Virus record (IMG/VR): IMGVR_UViG_3300020060_000009
From: a virus
Lineage: Duplodnaviria > Heunggongvirae > Uroviricota > Caudoviricetes
Reading direction: 5' to 3' (one strand)
DNA length: 35,108 nt
A program made the position numbers and the translations under genes. Shown here one piece after another: positions 8,670-18,045 of this stretch. How positions within the stretch are numbered: position 1 is the stretch's first letter; each line of letters begins with the position of its first letter. The notes under the pieces were generated by a model. The model had not been told where the DNA came from. It saw nothing but the letters and a program-made list of their open reading frames with translations, and searched no databases.

Positions 8670-10709
8670 CTAATTTAGCTCTGCATACACAGTATCACCA
8701 TCAATCTTAGTGATTGTGAGGACAGAATCGCTGGGCATTAACACCTCTGCTTCGCCCATTGTAATCCCGCGCTTACCATAAGTAACATAGTCAGGGACGA
8801 TCACTTTCTGTCCCTTTTTAGCTGTGATTACAAACATAGAACCATCCTTAGGTTGGAATTTACCAGCTATCTTCTTATCGACACTAGTACTTACAAAGCT
8901 ACGAGCACTCACTACCTCTCCAACATCAAGAAGTTGGTGGTGTGGAATCTCTGTACCTCTATAAACAAGTACCTTGCTACTCAATGACATGTTAGCAGCA
9001 GCATTAATGTTATCAATAACTTCACCGTAAGTACTCTCATTACCGTAGAAGGTAAGAGGGTCATCTAGCATTTGGCTACGAGCATGTATGTTAATGGCAT
9101 CATAGAAGTGACCCTGATAAGCACGGACACTATCTGTTACGTCTTCGCTGTGATGGCCCATAGAACCCTCAAAGTAAGCAGTTTCAATCATCTTGTTGAA
9201 GTCTTTAACATTATCTATAGCAGATAGGTCGAGGTCTTTTACCCCTGCTTTCTTAGCGAACTTGCCATCCTTATCGCGCTTGTGCTTCTTTTCCTCAAAG
9301 GCAACCTCATTAAGGACCTTACCATCGTAGGTGTTGAAGAATGAACCATCATCCTGCTTAATGAGAAGTTCATAACGACAGTGACAGTTTACATGTATGT
9401 GACCGCTCTGTAGCTTCTCGTAGTTGGCGGTGAACTTATATGTCTTACCGTTGTCTTTAACAGTAATAGTCTTACCAAATGGAACAAAGTCCTGTGTGAA
9501 TGGAATAGGTTCAGCAGCAGTCTTGTCGATGATGTACTTACAAATAGCTTCTGGGTGTCCTGTATTGCTTACTAGACGCTTATAAGCTTTTGGTGTTAGT
9601 TTATTCTGGGCGAGGAATTGCTGGTCTGCATCGAACTGGCTCATAGTGAAGACACGATTAGCCTCATTGCCAGCAATTACATTAGCGCGTTTCTTCCCTA
9701 TTTCCGAGAAGTTTTCCTGTAGCGCCTTAATAACAGATTGACGAGTTTCCCCACGAAGAATAGCGTCACGGGCGAAAGCATAAATCTCTGTATTGGATTT
9801 AACTTTCGTGACGAAAGCTTTACCATCTTTGTCTGCTGTTTCTTCATATTTGTCCTTTACTTGTGCCTCAATAGATGGGTTAGTCAACTGATCGTCGATA
9901 GCATCATCTAATGAGTTCTTAATATCCTTAGCAATTGTACGAACATGCGATTCTGCACCGCGCTTTGCTTGCAGACGTAAATCATTCTCTGTTTTGTCAG
10001 TACGAGCAAATACAGTGTGTAGCCCAAACTGACGGAATAGAGCACTAATACGTTGACGTGCGTAGAGAGGAAGCAGGATAACCCCAATAGTCAAAAGTGC
10101 GAACATAAGAGTATTAGTCTGCTGTGATTCAATTGCATTGGCTAGAATCGCCTCTGCCTCGGCATAGTCCCCATTCTGTACGGCTTGTACATACATGTTA
10201 AGAATCTGATTGTCTACTCTTTGAACACTCTGCTTGAATTGTTCTGTAGCTAAGTCTATTTGACGCTGTTCATCGGGAGTTATTTTAGCATTAACTTCTT
10301 TAATGATTAATCCATTAAACCCTACATTTTCATCATGTTCTGCATCATCTTCTTTTTCTTTTGCGTTGTCGCAAGGGTTTGGACCAGCATAGTCACGGTC
10401 TAAACCACTAGCATCACAACCATAACATTCTGCGCCAGTATCATGTTCACCCTTACCACCACAACAACGGCAATTACCACCATTCTCTGGAACGGCACGA
10501 TCTTCTGAATCAATATCAAAGAAGTTCGCTACAGGCTCTCCCCTGAGCTGTTTTAAGAGCTTTTTAGCGTCTTTAAGAGCAGAAGCTACCTTTGCTTCAT
10601 TCTCCTCTGGAGTGACTAGATGCGTCTCCTGAGCGAGCTTTAATGCTTCCTTTAATACAGATAAAGTGTCTTTCTTTGGCTGTGGAGTGGGTTGAGTAGT
10701 CTCGGCCAT
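8670..10709 (-). CDS. MuF / SPP1 gp7-like head morphogenesis protein fused to C-terminal VIP2-like ADP-ribosyltransferase
   Basis: MuF terminus HIHVNCHC after IAGNEANR. Linker FEEKKHKRDKDGKF. ART motifs VYRG, FVSTS, GEAEVL (R-S-ExE). Located directly downstream of portal. Confidence 0.85.
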   Translation of the reverse strand: MAETTQPTPQPKKDTLSVLKEALKLAQETHLVTPEENEAKVASALKDAKKLLKQLRGEPVANFFDIDSEDRAVPENGGNCRCCGGKGEHDTGAECYGCDASGLDRDYAGPNPCDNAKEKEDDAEHDENVGFNGLIIKEVNAKITPDEQRQIDLATEQFKQSVQRVDNQILNMYVQAVQNGDYAEAEAILANAIESQQTNTLMFALLTIGVILLPLYARQRISALFRQFGLHTVFARTDKTENDLRLQAKRGAESHVRTIAKDIKNSLDDAIDDQLTNPSIEAQVKDKYEETADKDGKAFVTKVKSNTEIYAFARDAILRGETRQSVIKALQENFSEIGKKRANVIAGNEANRVFTMSQFDADQQFLAQNKLTPKAYKRLVSNTGHPEAICKYIIDKTAAEPIPFTQDFVPFGKTITVKDNGKTYKFTANYEKLQSGHIHVNCHCRYELLIKQDDGSFFNTYDGKVLNEVAFEEKKHKRDKDGKFAKKAGVKDLDLSAIDNVKDFNKMIETAYFEGSMGHHSEDVTDSVRAYQGHFYDAINIHARSQMLDDPLTFYGNESTYGEVIDNINAAANMSLSSKVLVYRGTEIPHHQLLDVGEVVSARSFVSTSVDKKIAGKFQPKDGSMFVITAKKGQKVIVPDYVTYGKRGITMGEAEVLMPSDSVLTITKIDGDTVYAELN

Positions 10710-10710
10710 A

Positions 10711-12093
10711 TTAACTTACCGTATTAGACAGGTCTTCATTTTGAGAAGTGCCAATAATCTGTGCTATCTCTTCCGGAGTTGCACCCGCCTTCACAAGAGC
10801 GGCAGTAAGAGCATCAGTTTCAGATAATTCAGCTTCTAATGTAGGCATACCAAGAGCATGCATATCAATTTCACCCATAACAAACTGGGTAGCGATATCT
10901 TCCTCGTAGCCAGCAGCAATAAGAGTGTTCTTAAATGCTAATTGTGACTGGTTAAGCTCTACTTCTTTAAGTTTGTTTTCAAAGTCTTTAGATAGAGGGT
11001 TTTTAAGAGCAATCTCAAATCCAGTAGTCTTAAATTCATCTGGATAATAACGCTTATAATCCATGTTAAGTGCGCCGATCATCTTCTTAACCATAGGCAT
11101 AACAGCATTCTCTGTGAAGTCATCCTTCTGTACTGCTGCTGTTTCACGACCTGTGCCAGCTTGGTCTAGGCCGATTTGGTTCTTGCTTGTACCACCAACA
11201 GAAATAATCTGATCGCGGTTATCAGAGTTAACCGTGCTTAGAGCAGATTTGTTTAAGTCAACAGAGGTATCGTGGTAGGCAATAGCAGATGGGCCATTAC
11301 CAAATAATGGTTCACCTTGCGTGTGTTCTTTAACACGTTGCTTGAAGTTCTCAAACTCGTAGTCTTCCATGATAATGTCAGATGTAATAAGGCCAGGAGC
11401 ATTGATATTATTTCTAATGCTTTTACGAGTATAATCAGCAGCCTGTTTAAGAACGAACTGCGCATCACTGGCAGCATCACTTAGAGAGAAACTCTTCTTA
11501 CGATTTACTGGGTTCTTCTTAATAACCTCAATAATCATTTCTTTAGGAATATCACGAACCATGCCGTCACGCTGTTCAACATACCCACCAAGTTCACCCT
11601 TAGAATCGAATACACGACGTACTTGATAAGGGTTAAGAATCTCCATGCTTTGTATTGCACCGACCTTCTTATAACCATTGCTTGTAACACGGTCAGTTAC
11701 TGCACGAACTGCAAGAACATAATGTACACCCTCTAAATCCATGTAACGAGAGTATTCATACCAGAAGTCCTCAGCCGTGAAGTCAAGGGAATCATTAATT
11801 AGTTTAAGATAAGGGTGTTCGCTCGAGCTACCATCTTTTTTAGTACTCTTTGTGTAAGTGTACTCAGTACCGAGGATGACAGCACGGTTAGCACGACGCT
11901 CGATAATGACAAAGCCATATCCCGAGTAGAAGTCTTCATCTGTTAATACGGGGTCGTCAATTAGTAGTCCCATTTTAGGGCGCGCACCGAAGCGCAGGAA
12001 CTCATTTGCAATTGTGGAGTTGTTCGTCTTGACAGCGTATGGCTCTTTAGTGAAGGCTCTAACTGCGTTACGAACTCTTTGGAGTGGGTTCAT
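10711..12093 (-). CDS. Portal protein
   Basis: 460 aa between TerL and MuF. HK97-portal-like features (MDLEGVHYV, ILNPYQVRRV, IPKEMIIEV, NINAPGLIT). Confidence 0.85.
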   Translation of the reverse strand: MNPLQRVRNAVRAFTKEPYAVKTNNSTIANEFLRFGARPKMGLLIDDPVLTDEDFYSGYGFVIIERRANRAVILGTEYTYTKSTKKDGSSSEHPYLKLINDSLDFTAEDFWYEYSRYMDLEGVHYVLAVRAVTDRVTSNGYKKVGAIQSMEILNPYQVRRVFDSKGELGGYVEQRDGMVRDIPKEMIIEVIKKNPVNRKKSFSLSDAASDAQFVLKQAADYTRKSIRNNINAPGLITSDIIMEDYEFENFKQRVKEHTQGEPLFGNGPSAIAYHDTSVDLNKSALSTVNSDNRDQIISVGGTSKNQIGLDQAGTGRETAAVQKDDFTENAVMPMVKKMIGALNMDYKRYYPDEFKTTGFEIALKNPLSKDFENKLKEVELNQSQLAFKNTLIAAGYEEDIATQFVMGEIDMHALGMPTLEAELSETDALTAALVKAGATPEEIAQIIGTSQNEDLSNTVS

Positions 12094-12150
12094 ATATGTG
12101 TGTTTTTCTCTGTTTTTAGGCTATACTCTACGGTATTGTTATCTAATATA

Positions 12151-12161
12151 AGTATAACAGA
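12151..12161 (-). promoter_or_regulatory. Putative late promoter TCTGTTATACT, copy 3
   Basis: Exact 11-mer between TerL stop and portal start. Confidence 0.6.
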
Positions 12162-12168
12162 ACAACAG

Positions 12169-13590
12169 CTATAATCCCAGCCTGTTCATGTTATGTTTAT
12201 CATCTTTAATTTTACCATGAAACTTACTATGCATTCGTACTGCAATAGAGAAGGAGTCAGCATAGTCAGGAGAGCGCCCAAGAATCTCTTTAATCTTGTC
12301 TTTCTTAGTTACTTTCTCCACCCCATCCACCATATCTGTCTCGTGAGCACTAATCTCTCTCCATAATTCATCATCATGTCCTCTATAAGACTCCTTCTGT
12401 AAGACTTGGACTTCCCCTTCGTCTAAGGCTCTACGCATATTCAGCATTGTTTCGTTGCGCGACTTACCTGTAGCGGTATATTCGTCTATGTGCCAGCCCA
12501 GTACTTTCATACCATCACGCATGGCTGTACCAACACCATTCACCTCTAGGCTTATTTGTCGCGCTTGTCCCTTGTTGAATCCTTTACTCTCTGCGAAAGC
12601 AATTAACTGTTGTGCTAATAAATATCCCGTGGGACGACTATCTATATCTGAGTTAAGACCGTATTGACGTTCTGGTAGTTTAAGTTCTCTTTGTTCTGTA
12701 AGCACTCCATACTCTATAAGGGATAGGACTGTAGCATCTGGACCATTGTCACTCACATCGACTCCAATGACCTTGTCAAGCTTGTAACGTGGGTCTCTGG
12801 GGATTATTTGCCCATGTTCATCACGTTCTGGCTGAGGGAGATGGAATATGCCAGCCTTCTCCCAGAGATAACCGCTAATAAGAGCATGATCTTCATCTAG
12901 ATAATTCCAGTTATTCTTTAGGTAGCGTTCTACCCACCATTTAGGCTTGCTTTTAATAAGAGAATTAATATCGGAATCACTCTGCCATGAATCTTGCAAG
13001 GTGAACTCAATCACCATAACATTAGCTGGCAGCTCTCCCTTTTTCCATTTATCATAATAACGACTCTTAGTCCAACCGTTATTTGGGTTCATTGTAAGGA
13101 TGTTAATGGATGGTTGGCCATTTTGGTTAGCACGTCCCTTACGACTCATTACCATGTCAACTGCATCCTCTATAAACTCATTGCTCTCTTCAATCTGATT
13201 AGCTGTAATGTCTAGGCCCTTAATCTTGTTCTGATCACGGTCTTTAGTAGCATCTGCTTCGGCAAAGGTAACAATACTTTTATTAGGGAACTCAATAAGG
13301 AGAGAACCTTCGTTAAGGTGATAATGCTGCTCTTCGATCATATTCATATCGGTAAGCATCTTTTTATAAGTACGCCAGATTGTCTTACGAGCAGTGGAGA
13401 AGTTCTTACGCCATACAAATACCTGAGTCATCGGAAAAGCTTCACATATAGAAATGAACACATGGGCTGCGAGTGCAGACTTACCAACACCAGTCGGACC
13501 GATAAGGACTATTTCATCAATCTCTGGTCGGTCATTGATAATATTGATAACTTCTTGCTGCTTAGACTTAAGTAGCAGAGCCATCTTCAA
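12169..13590 (-). CDS. terL: Terminase large subunit (PBSX-like)
   Basis: Walker A GPTGVGKS, Walker B-like QIEES, coupling motif TMNP, RNase-H-like nuclease GVDVS and SPDYADS. Confidence 0.9.
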   Translation of the reverse strand: MKMALLLKSKQQEVINIINDRPEIDEIVLIGPTGVGKSALAAHVFISICEAFPMTQVFVWRKNFSTARKTIWRTYKKMLTDMNMIEEQHYHLNEGSLLIEFPNKSIVTFAEADATKDRDQNKIKGLDITANQIEESNEFIEDAVDMVMSRKGRANQNGQPSINILTMNPNNGWTKSRYYDKWKKGELPANVMVIEFTLQDSWQSDSDINSLIKSKPKWWVERYLKNNWNYLDEDHALISGYLWEKAGIFHLPQPERDEHGQIIPRDPRYKLDKVIGVDVSDNGPDATVLSLIEYGVLTEQRELKLPERQYGLNSDIDSRPTGYLLAQQLIAFAESKGFNKGQARQISLEVNGVGTAMRDGMKVLGWHIDEYTATGKSRNETMLNMRRALDEGEVQVLQKESYRGHDDELWREISAHETDMVDGVEKVTKKDKIKEILGRSPDYADSFSIAVRMHSKFHGKIKDDKHNMNRLGL

Positions 13591-14008
13591 CCTCTTTCGG
13601 TTCTATAATCTGTCCCTCTATGAAGTTACGAGGTTTAATATCGCTAATCACAATAGGTTGCATTTTAATTGTTTCACCACCGCTCGTGATGTCTATCTTA
13701 TCGCCAAAACCCGTCTTGCGCAGCCACTCAGCAGAGAAATGAGAACCACCCATTGCTTTTAACACTTGAGCAATAGTGACTGCTTGCATAAGAGTTTTAG
13801 TGCCAGTAGATTCTAACCACTGTGGTTTATTCTTTAGATTCTCGGTAAGCTTCGTAAAGAGTTCTTCATCGTCTAATAACTCTTGGACTACTGTAGACCA
13901 GTTCTTGCTTCCTTTAGGCCGACCGCCTAGTTTACCTGCTTCACTTGGGTCTAACAAGTTAGATAGTTGTTTTTCCCTCTTTTCGGGGTCTGGTGATAGT
14001 CCTGGCAT
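13568..14008 (-). CDS. terS: Terminase small subunit
   Basis: GGRPKGSKNWST motif and KIDITSGGE tail. Directly upstream of and overlapping TerL. Confidence 0.8.
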   Translation of the reverse strand: MPGLSPDPEKREKQLSNLLDPSEAGKLGGRPKGSKNWSTVVQELLDDEELFTKLTENLKNKPQWLESTGTKTLMQAVTIAQVLKAMGGSHFSAEWLRKTGFGDKIDITSGGETIKMQPIVISDIKPRNFIEGQIIEPKEVEDGSAT

Positions 14009-14087
14009 TTGTTTTTGCTCTCTTTTTATATATATTTAGCCGAACGACTCGGCTTTATTTGGGTTATAGCCCTATTATACAACAATA

Positions 14088-14116
14088 TAAAAAATATGCC
14101 CACCGGGACGCAATAT
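14088..14116 (-). terminator. Probable intrinsic terminator separating early genes from packaging genes
   Basis: Imperfect hairpin ATATTGCGTCC-CGGT-GGGCATAT then T run on minus, followed by TGTATAAT (14074-14081) upstream of terS. Confidence 0.45.
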
Positions 14117-14130
14117 ATTTTAGAAATACA

Positions 14131-14487
14131 CTATTTAATGCTTAAGAACTGCTTACTATACTTACCAGCTCTTGTATCTGAATTAAACTTATAATAACGA
14201 TACTTTAGATTTGGAGTATTTTTATGTCTTTGGGCGAGCTCATACTTCCTATCTGGATTGTGCCAATAAAGACAGGCAACATATTCATCGCCTTTAGGGT
14301 TCCTAATAACCTTAGCCACTTCAAAACCATGCATAGCTATTTCATTCTCCATTATTCTCATAAGGAGAGCTTGATCCGTACTAAAGAAAAGGTATTTACC
14401 GTCTAGATTACCATCAAAACTACTACTCTGATATGGGTCACCCAGTCTCATCCAGGGGTCGTTATCAGTTTGCCTTCCCCACTCCAT
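14131..14487 (-). CDS. DUF1917 / eIF4E-like-fold (Bles03-like) protein
   Basis: Motif series GKYLFF...FEVAKV...YVACLY...YKFNSDTRAGKYS resembles recalled GKWxxF..AKV..VICVY..YKxDxxTxxGxY. Confidence 0.45.
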   Translation of the reverse strand: MEWGRQTDNDPWMRLGDPYQSSSFDGNLDGKYLFFSTDQALLMRIMENEIAMHGFEVAKVIRNPKGDEYVACLYWHNPDRKYELAQRHKNTPNLKYRYYKFNSDTRAGKYSKQFLSIK

Positions 14488-14488
14488 G

Positions 14489-14713
14489 CTAGTAAGTTCT
14501 TATCTTATTAAGCCAACTTTTAATAGCCTCATGGGCGATATCATATTTCTCATCAGGTACGGTAATAGCTATACGATAGTCAGAATAAGTTAAATGTTTA
14601 TTTTCAATTATCTCTATAGCATAATTTTTCAACCAGCAATAATCCTTTAAATTCTTAACAAAAGAAGCTTTTAAGATTGCTCCTACTGTAGCTGTTAATC
14701 TTATAGTAAGCAT
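14489..14713 (-). CDS. Hypothetical protein
   Basis: 74 aa ORF in tight operon. Confidence 0.6.
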   Translation of the reverse strand: MLTIRLTATVGAILKASFVKNLKDYCWLKNYAIEIIENKHLTYSDYRIAITVPDEKYDIAHEAIKSWLNKIRTY

Positions 14714-14715
14714 GA

Positions 14716-14958
14716 TTATGCCATTATACCTTGAGACGGAACTGTCTCTTCAATATATTTAAATGCCTCAGCTCTATTTTTACACACTTTAGTGTCTGAT
14801 ATAGTACCGTGATCAATAATTACCGCCACTTGACCGGACTGTGAATAACCATTTTTACTCTTAACTAACAAATCTTGGTCATGTTTATTGCCGAACGAAT
14901 CAGCACCATACAAGATACGTCCATTGAATTTAATAACTGATTCTACTAAAGTTTTCAA
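14716..14958 (-). CDS. Hypothetical protein
   Basis: 80 aa, TTG start behind TAAGAAAGGCTT leader. Confidence 0.6.
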   Translation of the reverse strand: MKTLVESVIKFNGRILYGADSFGNKHDQDLLVKSKNGYSQSGQVAVIIDHGTISDTKVCKNRAEAFKYIEETVPSQGIMA

Positions 14959-14992
14959 AGTAAAGCCTTTCTTATGTGTTTTACTAAGTTTA

Positions 14993-15021
14993 ATTATGCT
15001 CTTAAATTGCTAAAAACACAA
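14993..15021 (-). promoter_or_regulatory. Early-type promoter TTGTGT-N17-CATAAT
   Basis: Exact motif and spacing. Confidence 0.8.
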
Positions 15022-15029
15022 GGGCTTTC

Positions 15030-15260
15030 TTAGCCAATATAATCAAAACTTCTACCGAACTCATCTCTCACATTCTTAATAGCCCATGACCAACTCTTTC
15101 CGCTAACAGACTTCTTCTTAATCCAAGTAACAATCCAGTAGGTATCACAACCGTGGCAGTGATAGATATATTTGTCATTAACCCGTGTCTCTACGAGGAC
15201 ATCATACCCAAGATGTGTATTATCTATCGGGCACGGTACTTTGCGTCTTGTCTTACTCAT
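15030..15260 (-). CDS. Zinc-ribbon protein
   Basis: CPID...HCHGC, 76 aa. Confidence 0.55.
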   Translation of the reverse strand: MSKTRRKVPCPIDNTHLGYDVLVETRVNDKYIYHCHGCDTYWIVTWIKKKSVSGKSWSWAIKNVRDEFGRSFDYIG

Positions 15261-15678
15261 GTAACCCCTTGTCGTGTTCGCCCTTTAGTTTTCCTATTAG
15301 ATTACTCGTAACTGACTTGATGAATTTATTTCGGGCGAAATTATCCACATACCTTAACTCATAATCCACATGAACAAACGACATTCTCCTACAGCCCATC
15401 TCTGGGCACATTGCCTGTACAAACTCTGGTCTAAGTCGCTCATTAGCGCTACCACCTCTTAGCCCATCTATAAACACCTGTAATTCATTTTTCCCTATCC
15501 AGCCTGGGCTCTTTATCCCTCTACTGGATAACAAATCATCGCGGTATTTTTGCAGCTCTGATGCTACTTCATTACGAGTGGTGTCCTTCCTACTTTCTAT
15601 ATAATCAACAAGCTCTTGATATTGGTTGGATGTTAATTCGTCTAGAGGAAGACTACTAAGAAATTTTTTAGTCTCCAT
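15253..15678 (-). CDS. Hypothetical protein
   Basis: 141 aa, coupled on both sides. Confidence 0.6.
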   Translation of the reverse strand: METKKFLSSLPLDELTSNQYQELVDYIESRKDTTRNEVASELQKYRDDLLSSRGIKSPGWIGKNELQVFIDGLRGGSANERLRPEFVQAMCPEMGCRRMSFVHVDYELRYVDNFARNKFIKSVTSNLIGKLKGEHDKGLHE

Positions 15679-16130
15679 TACGCTGCTCCGTCTAATGGGA
15701 TGTTTTTAAGGTGGGCGAAGTGCCCTAAGTCTATGATTGTTTTGCGCGAAATGCCCTGTGCCACGATAGGACGCTGTAACTCCATAGCCCTAATAACTAA
15801 GTCTCCTAACTCTACATCTAACTCTCTGTTGCGCGGGTGCATTGTAGCCTCTTGGACAAGGAACATATAGGTGTCTATAGATTGTAGGGGGTCTTGTGGA
15901 TTCAATGGGCGACGCTTTCTCATACCGGAAACGACTCGAGAAGCATTATGAAAATCTAAAACCGGAACTATATTCAACTCTCTATGTATTTCATTATGGC
16001 TATCTACATCTATCAATGCTTGCATACCCATGTTGTTACGCAGTAACTTAGTTGGACCCATAGCTTCATGGAGAGCTCTAGGGAACAGAAGGTGATGATT
16101 ATTGGCGGTATTCTGAAAAGTCTCGGACAT
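15678..16130 (-). CDS. His-Me finger (HNH-like) protein
   Basis: NNHHLLFPR...LRNN...HNEIH resembles a degenerate HNH core. Confidence 0.4.
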   Translation of the reverse strand: MSETFQNTANNHHLLFPRALHEAMGPTKLLRNNMGMQALIDVDSHNEIHRELNIVPVLDFHNASRVVSGMRKRRPLNPQDPLQSIDTYMFLVQEATMHPRNRELDVELGDLVIRAMELQRPIVAQGISRKTIIDLGHFAHLKNIPLDGAA

Positions 16131-16154
16131 AGTATTCGCCTCTTTTGTTAGTTA

Positions 16155-16280
16155 TTATGCAAGGAAGATTGTTAGGATGATTGTTAGTAACAGATTATCG
16201 CCGAACCATTGCCATAGGAGCACAGCATCGTGCACTCCCAATGATTGTAAAATTCCAGTTAAGATTAAAACTATTATCAC
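16155..16280 (-). CDS. Small membrane protein (41 aa)
   Basis: Hand translated from GTG in a TAGTG overlap; hydrophobic. Confidence 0.45.
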   Translation of the reverse strand: MIIVLILTGILQSLGVHDAVLLWQWFGDNLLLTIILTIFLA

Positions 16281-16459
16281 TACATTAACTCCTTTGTTTT
16301 ATATAAAGCATTTAAAGCTCTTCGGCGACCAATAAGGCAAGCGATTAAGGCCAAAACATAGAATATTATCCAAAATAACCAAGCAAGAATAATGAATGGT
16401 ATTGAGATTATAAAAAGTAAAACATTATTGTACTTACTTACATTTTTCAGATCACTCAT
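16280..16459 (-). CDS. Small membrane protein (59 aa)
   Basis: Hand translated MSDLKNVSKYNNVLLFIISIPF...; long hydrophobic stretch, start overlaps upstream stop. Confidence 0.5.
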   Translation of the reverse strand: MSDLKNVSKYNNVLLFIISIPFIILAWLFWIIFYVLALIACLIGRRRALNALYKTKELM

Positions 16460-16673
16460 CTAATGCCGCCTGTTCTTGGTTATAATTTTCTATCTTCTCT
16501 TCTATATCATTATACTGCGTTTGAAGAGCGTAAGCAAGATTATAAGCATTTTCCATTTCTATCTCGAGTGCATCACGTTTCTTCACCGCTAAATCATATT
16601 CGACGTGGTTCTTTATAAAATGATCATTCATTTCTGCCTGAGCTTCTGTTATTGCTTTACCTAATAGACTCAT
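16452..16673 (-). CDS. Coiled-coil hypothetical protein
   Basis: 73 aa ORF. Confidence 0.6.
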   Translation of the reverse strand: MSLLGKAITEAQAEMNDHFIKNHVEYDLAVKKRDALEIEMENAYNLAYALQTQYNDIEEKIENYNQEQAALDE

Positions 16674-16900
16674 TACTTAGCCTCAAACTCTTTTATGTAA
16701 CCGTTAATGACTTCGTTAATTTGCTCTCTCACATCTTCCAGCCTTGTACCATCGTCAGCAATACCCGTCTGCGAACAATCATCGCATGGGTCACCACCCG
16801 GATTACTAGGAGACTGCCCACGTATAGCACTACCATCACACCTATAACAAGCTGCGTTACTAAACACTCTGTTGATTCGCCTTTGTAGTTCTGGGGTCAT
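16673..16900 (-). CDS. CxxC zinc-finger protein
   Basis: CYRCDGS...CDDCSQTG. Confidence 0.55.
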   Translation of the reverse strand: MTPELQRRINRVFSNAACYRCDGSAIRGQSPSNPGGDPCDDCSQTGIADDGTRLEDVREQINEVINGYIKEFEAK

Positions 16901-17070
16901 TTCTCTAGGCTCCTTTTATAGTCTTCTAACTCTTTTTCTTTTTGGGCGCGATACTTACGGGCATCTGCTTTCCAATCATAAGGAGGGTGTTTAACGGCTA
17001 ACCACTGTAAGAAAGTAATAGAACCCAAGAACAGTAAAATGCCAATAATTGTCCCTATGATTTCACCCAT
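16897..17070 (-). CDS. Small single-TM protein (57 aa)
   Basis: Hand translated MGEIIGTIIGILLFLG...; ATGA overlap. Confidence 0.55.
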   Translation of the reverse strand: MGEIIGTIIGILLFLGSITFLQWLAVKHPPYDWKADARKYRAQKEKELEDYKRSLEK

Positions 17071-17073
17071 TAT

Positions 17074-17406
17074 TTATTCCTGTTCCCCTGACAACTTACC
17101 TAAGCTAATAGTCTTACCCCCATATAAGACACTCAATTCTGTTCTGTCTGAATAATAACCATTCTGCCTTGAACGCGCTTGGCACCACTTAGGAAGTCCA
17201 TCAGATGCATTAAGACCAAAGCCATCACCTTTCAGGTTTACGGCGTCAAAGAACTCACCTGCGGTCATTGTTGGAAACTCTTGCCCAACTTCGAATTGCG
17301 TAAAATCAAGATAATTATGGGCGCAACAATCAGTATCACCTTCCCCCGCTATGACTAATCCGTTATCGAACTCTAATAAGCTCTCTTCTGATTTAATCAC
17401 TTTCAT
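17074..17406 (-). CDS. Phage hypothetical protein (DCC...QNGYYS motif)
   Basis: 110 aa, motif familiar from phage hypotheticals. Confidence 0.6.
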   Translation of the reverse strand: MKVIKSEESLLEFDNGLVIAGEGDTDCCAHNYLDFTQFEVGQEFPTMTAGEFFDAVNLKGDGFGLNASDGLPKWCQARSRQNGYYSDRTELSVLYGGKTISLGKLSGEQE

Positions 17407-17654
17407 TACTTATTTCTCCCCCTTAGAACTGACTTAATTCTCGGTTGCACTTTATAAGCATCGTGATGGAGATCATCACACGCAATAAATTCATTACTAT
17501 CGCCTATTACTTTATCCGCATGGGCGATCTTTTGCTCTTTAATAATAGTTAGTAAACCATCTAATTCACCTTGATTAACTTGACCATCACTATACCTCAA
17601 CTCAAAGCTTCCAACCTCGGTTGCTAATTCGCTATCACTTAATAGTTTAAACAT
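17406..17654 (-). CDS. Hypothetical protein
   Basis: 82 aa ORF, coupled. Confidence 0.55.
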   Translation of the reverse strand: MFKLLSDSELATEVGSFELRYSDGQVNQGELDGLLTIIKEQKIAHADKVIGDSNEFIACDDLHHDAYKVQPRIKSVLRGRNK

Positions 17655-18014
17655 TTATTCTTTCCCCTTTTCGCGTCTTCCAATTTTTAGTTTTTCAAAC
17701 ACTTCCTCAAAAGACATACTAACTGATTCACGGTTTAATAGAGAGGTTCTCAGGTTGCCAATACGACTAACATATATTCTATTCATGCTACCTTGGATTG
17801 TGGGAAACGACATAAATACATTCAGCCACTTTTCATCAGGTTGAGTACCATCTTTATTTGTCTGACAAGCTAGACTATCTTGGCCTTTTGTATAAACATC
17901 ACAAAGAAATATAACAATCTTCTCAAGTTCTTCTGTATATTCTTTATCACTCATTCCGTTATCAGCTTCCAGATCATAACGCCAAAAAGAACTGTCACTA
18001 AAATAAGAAGCCAT
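17655..18014 (-). CDS. Hypothetical protein
   Basis: 119 aa ORF. Confidence 0.6.
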   Translation of the reverse strand: MASYFSDSSFWRYDLEADNGMSDKEYTEELEKIVIFLCDVYTKGQDSLACQTNKDGTQPDEKWLNVFMSFPTIQGSMNRIYVSRIGNLRTSLLNRESVSMSFEEVFEKLKIGRREKGKE

Positions 18015-18045
18015 ATAATAATAAAATTAAATAGTTTTTGGCTCA

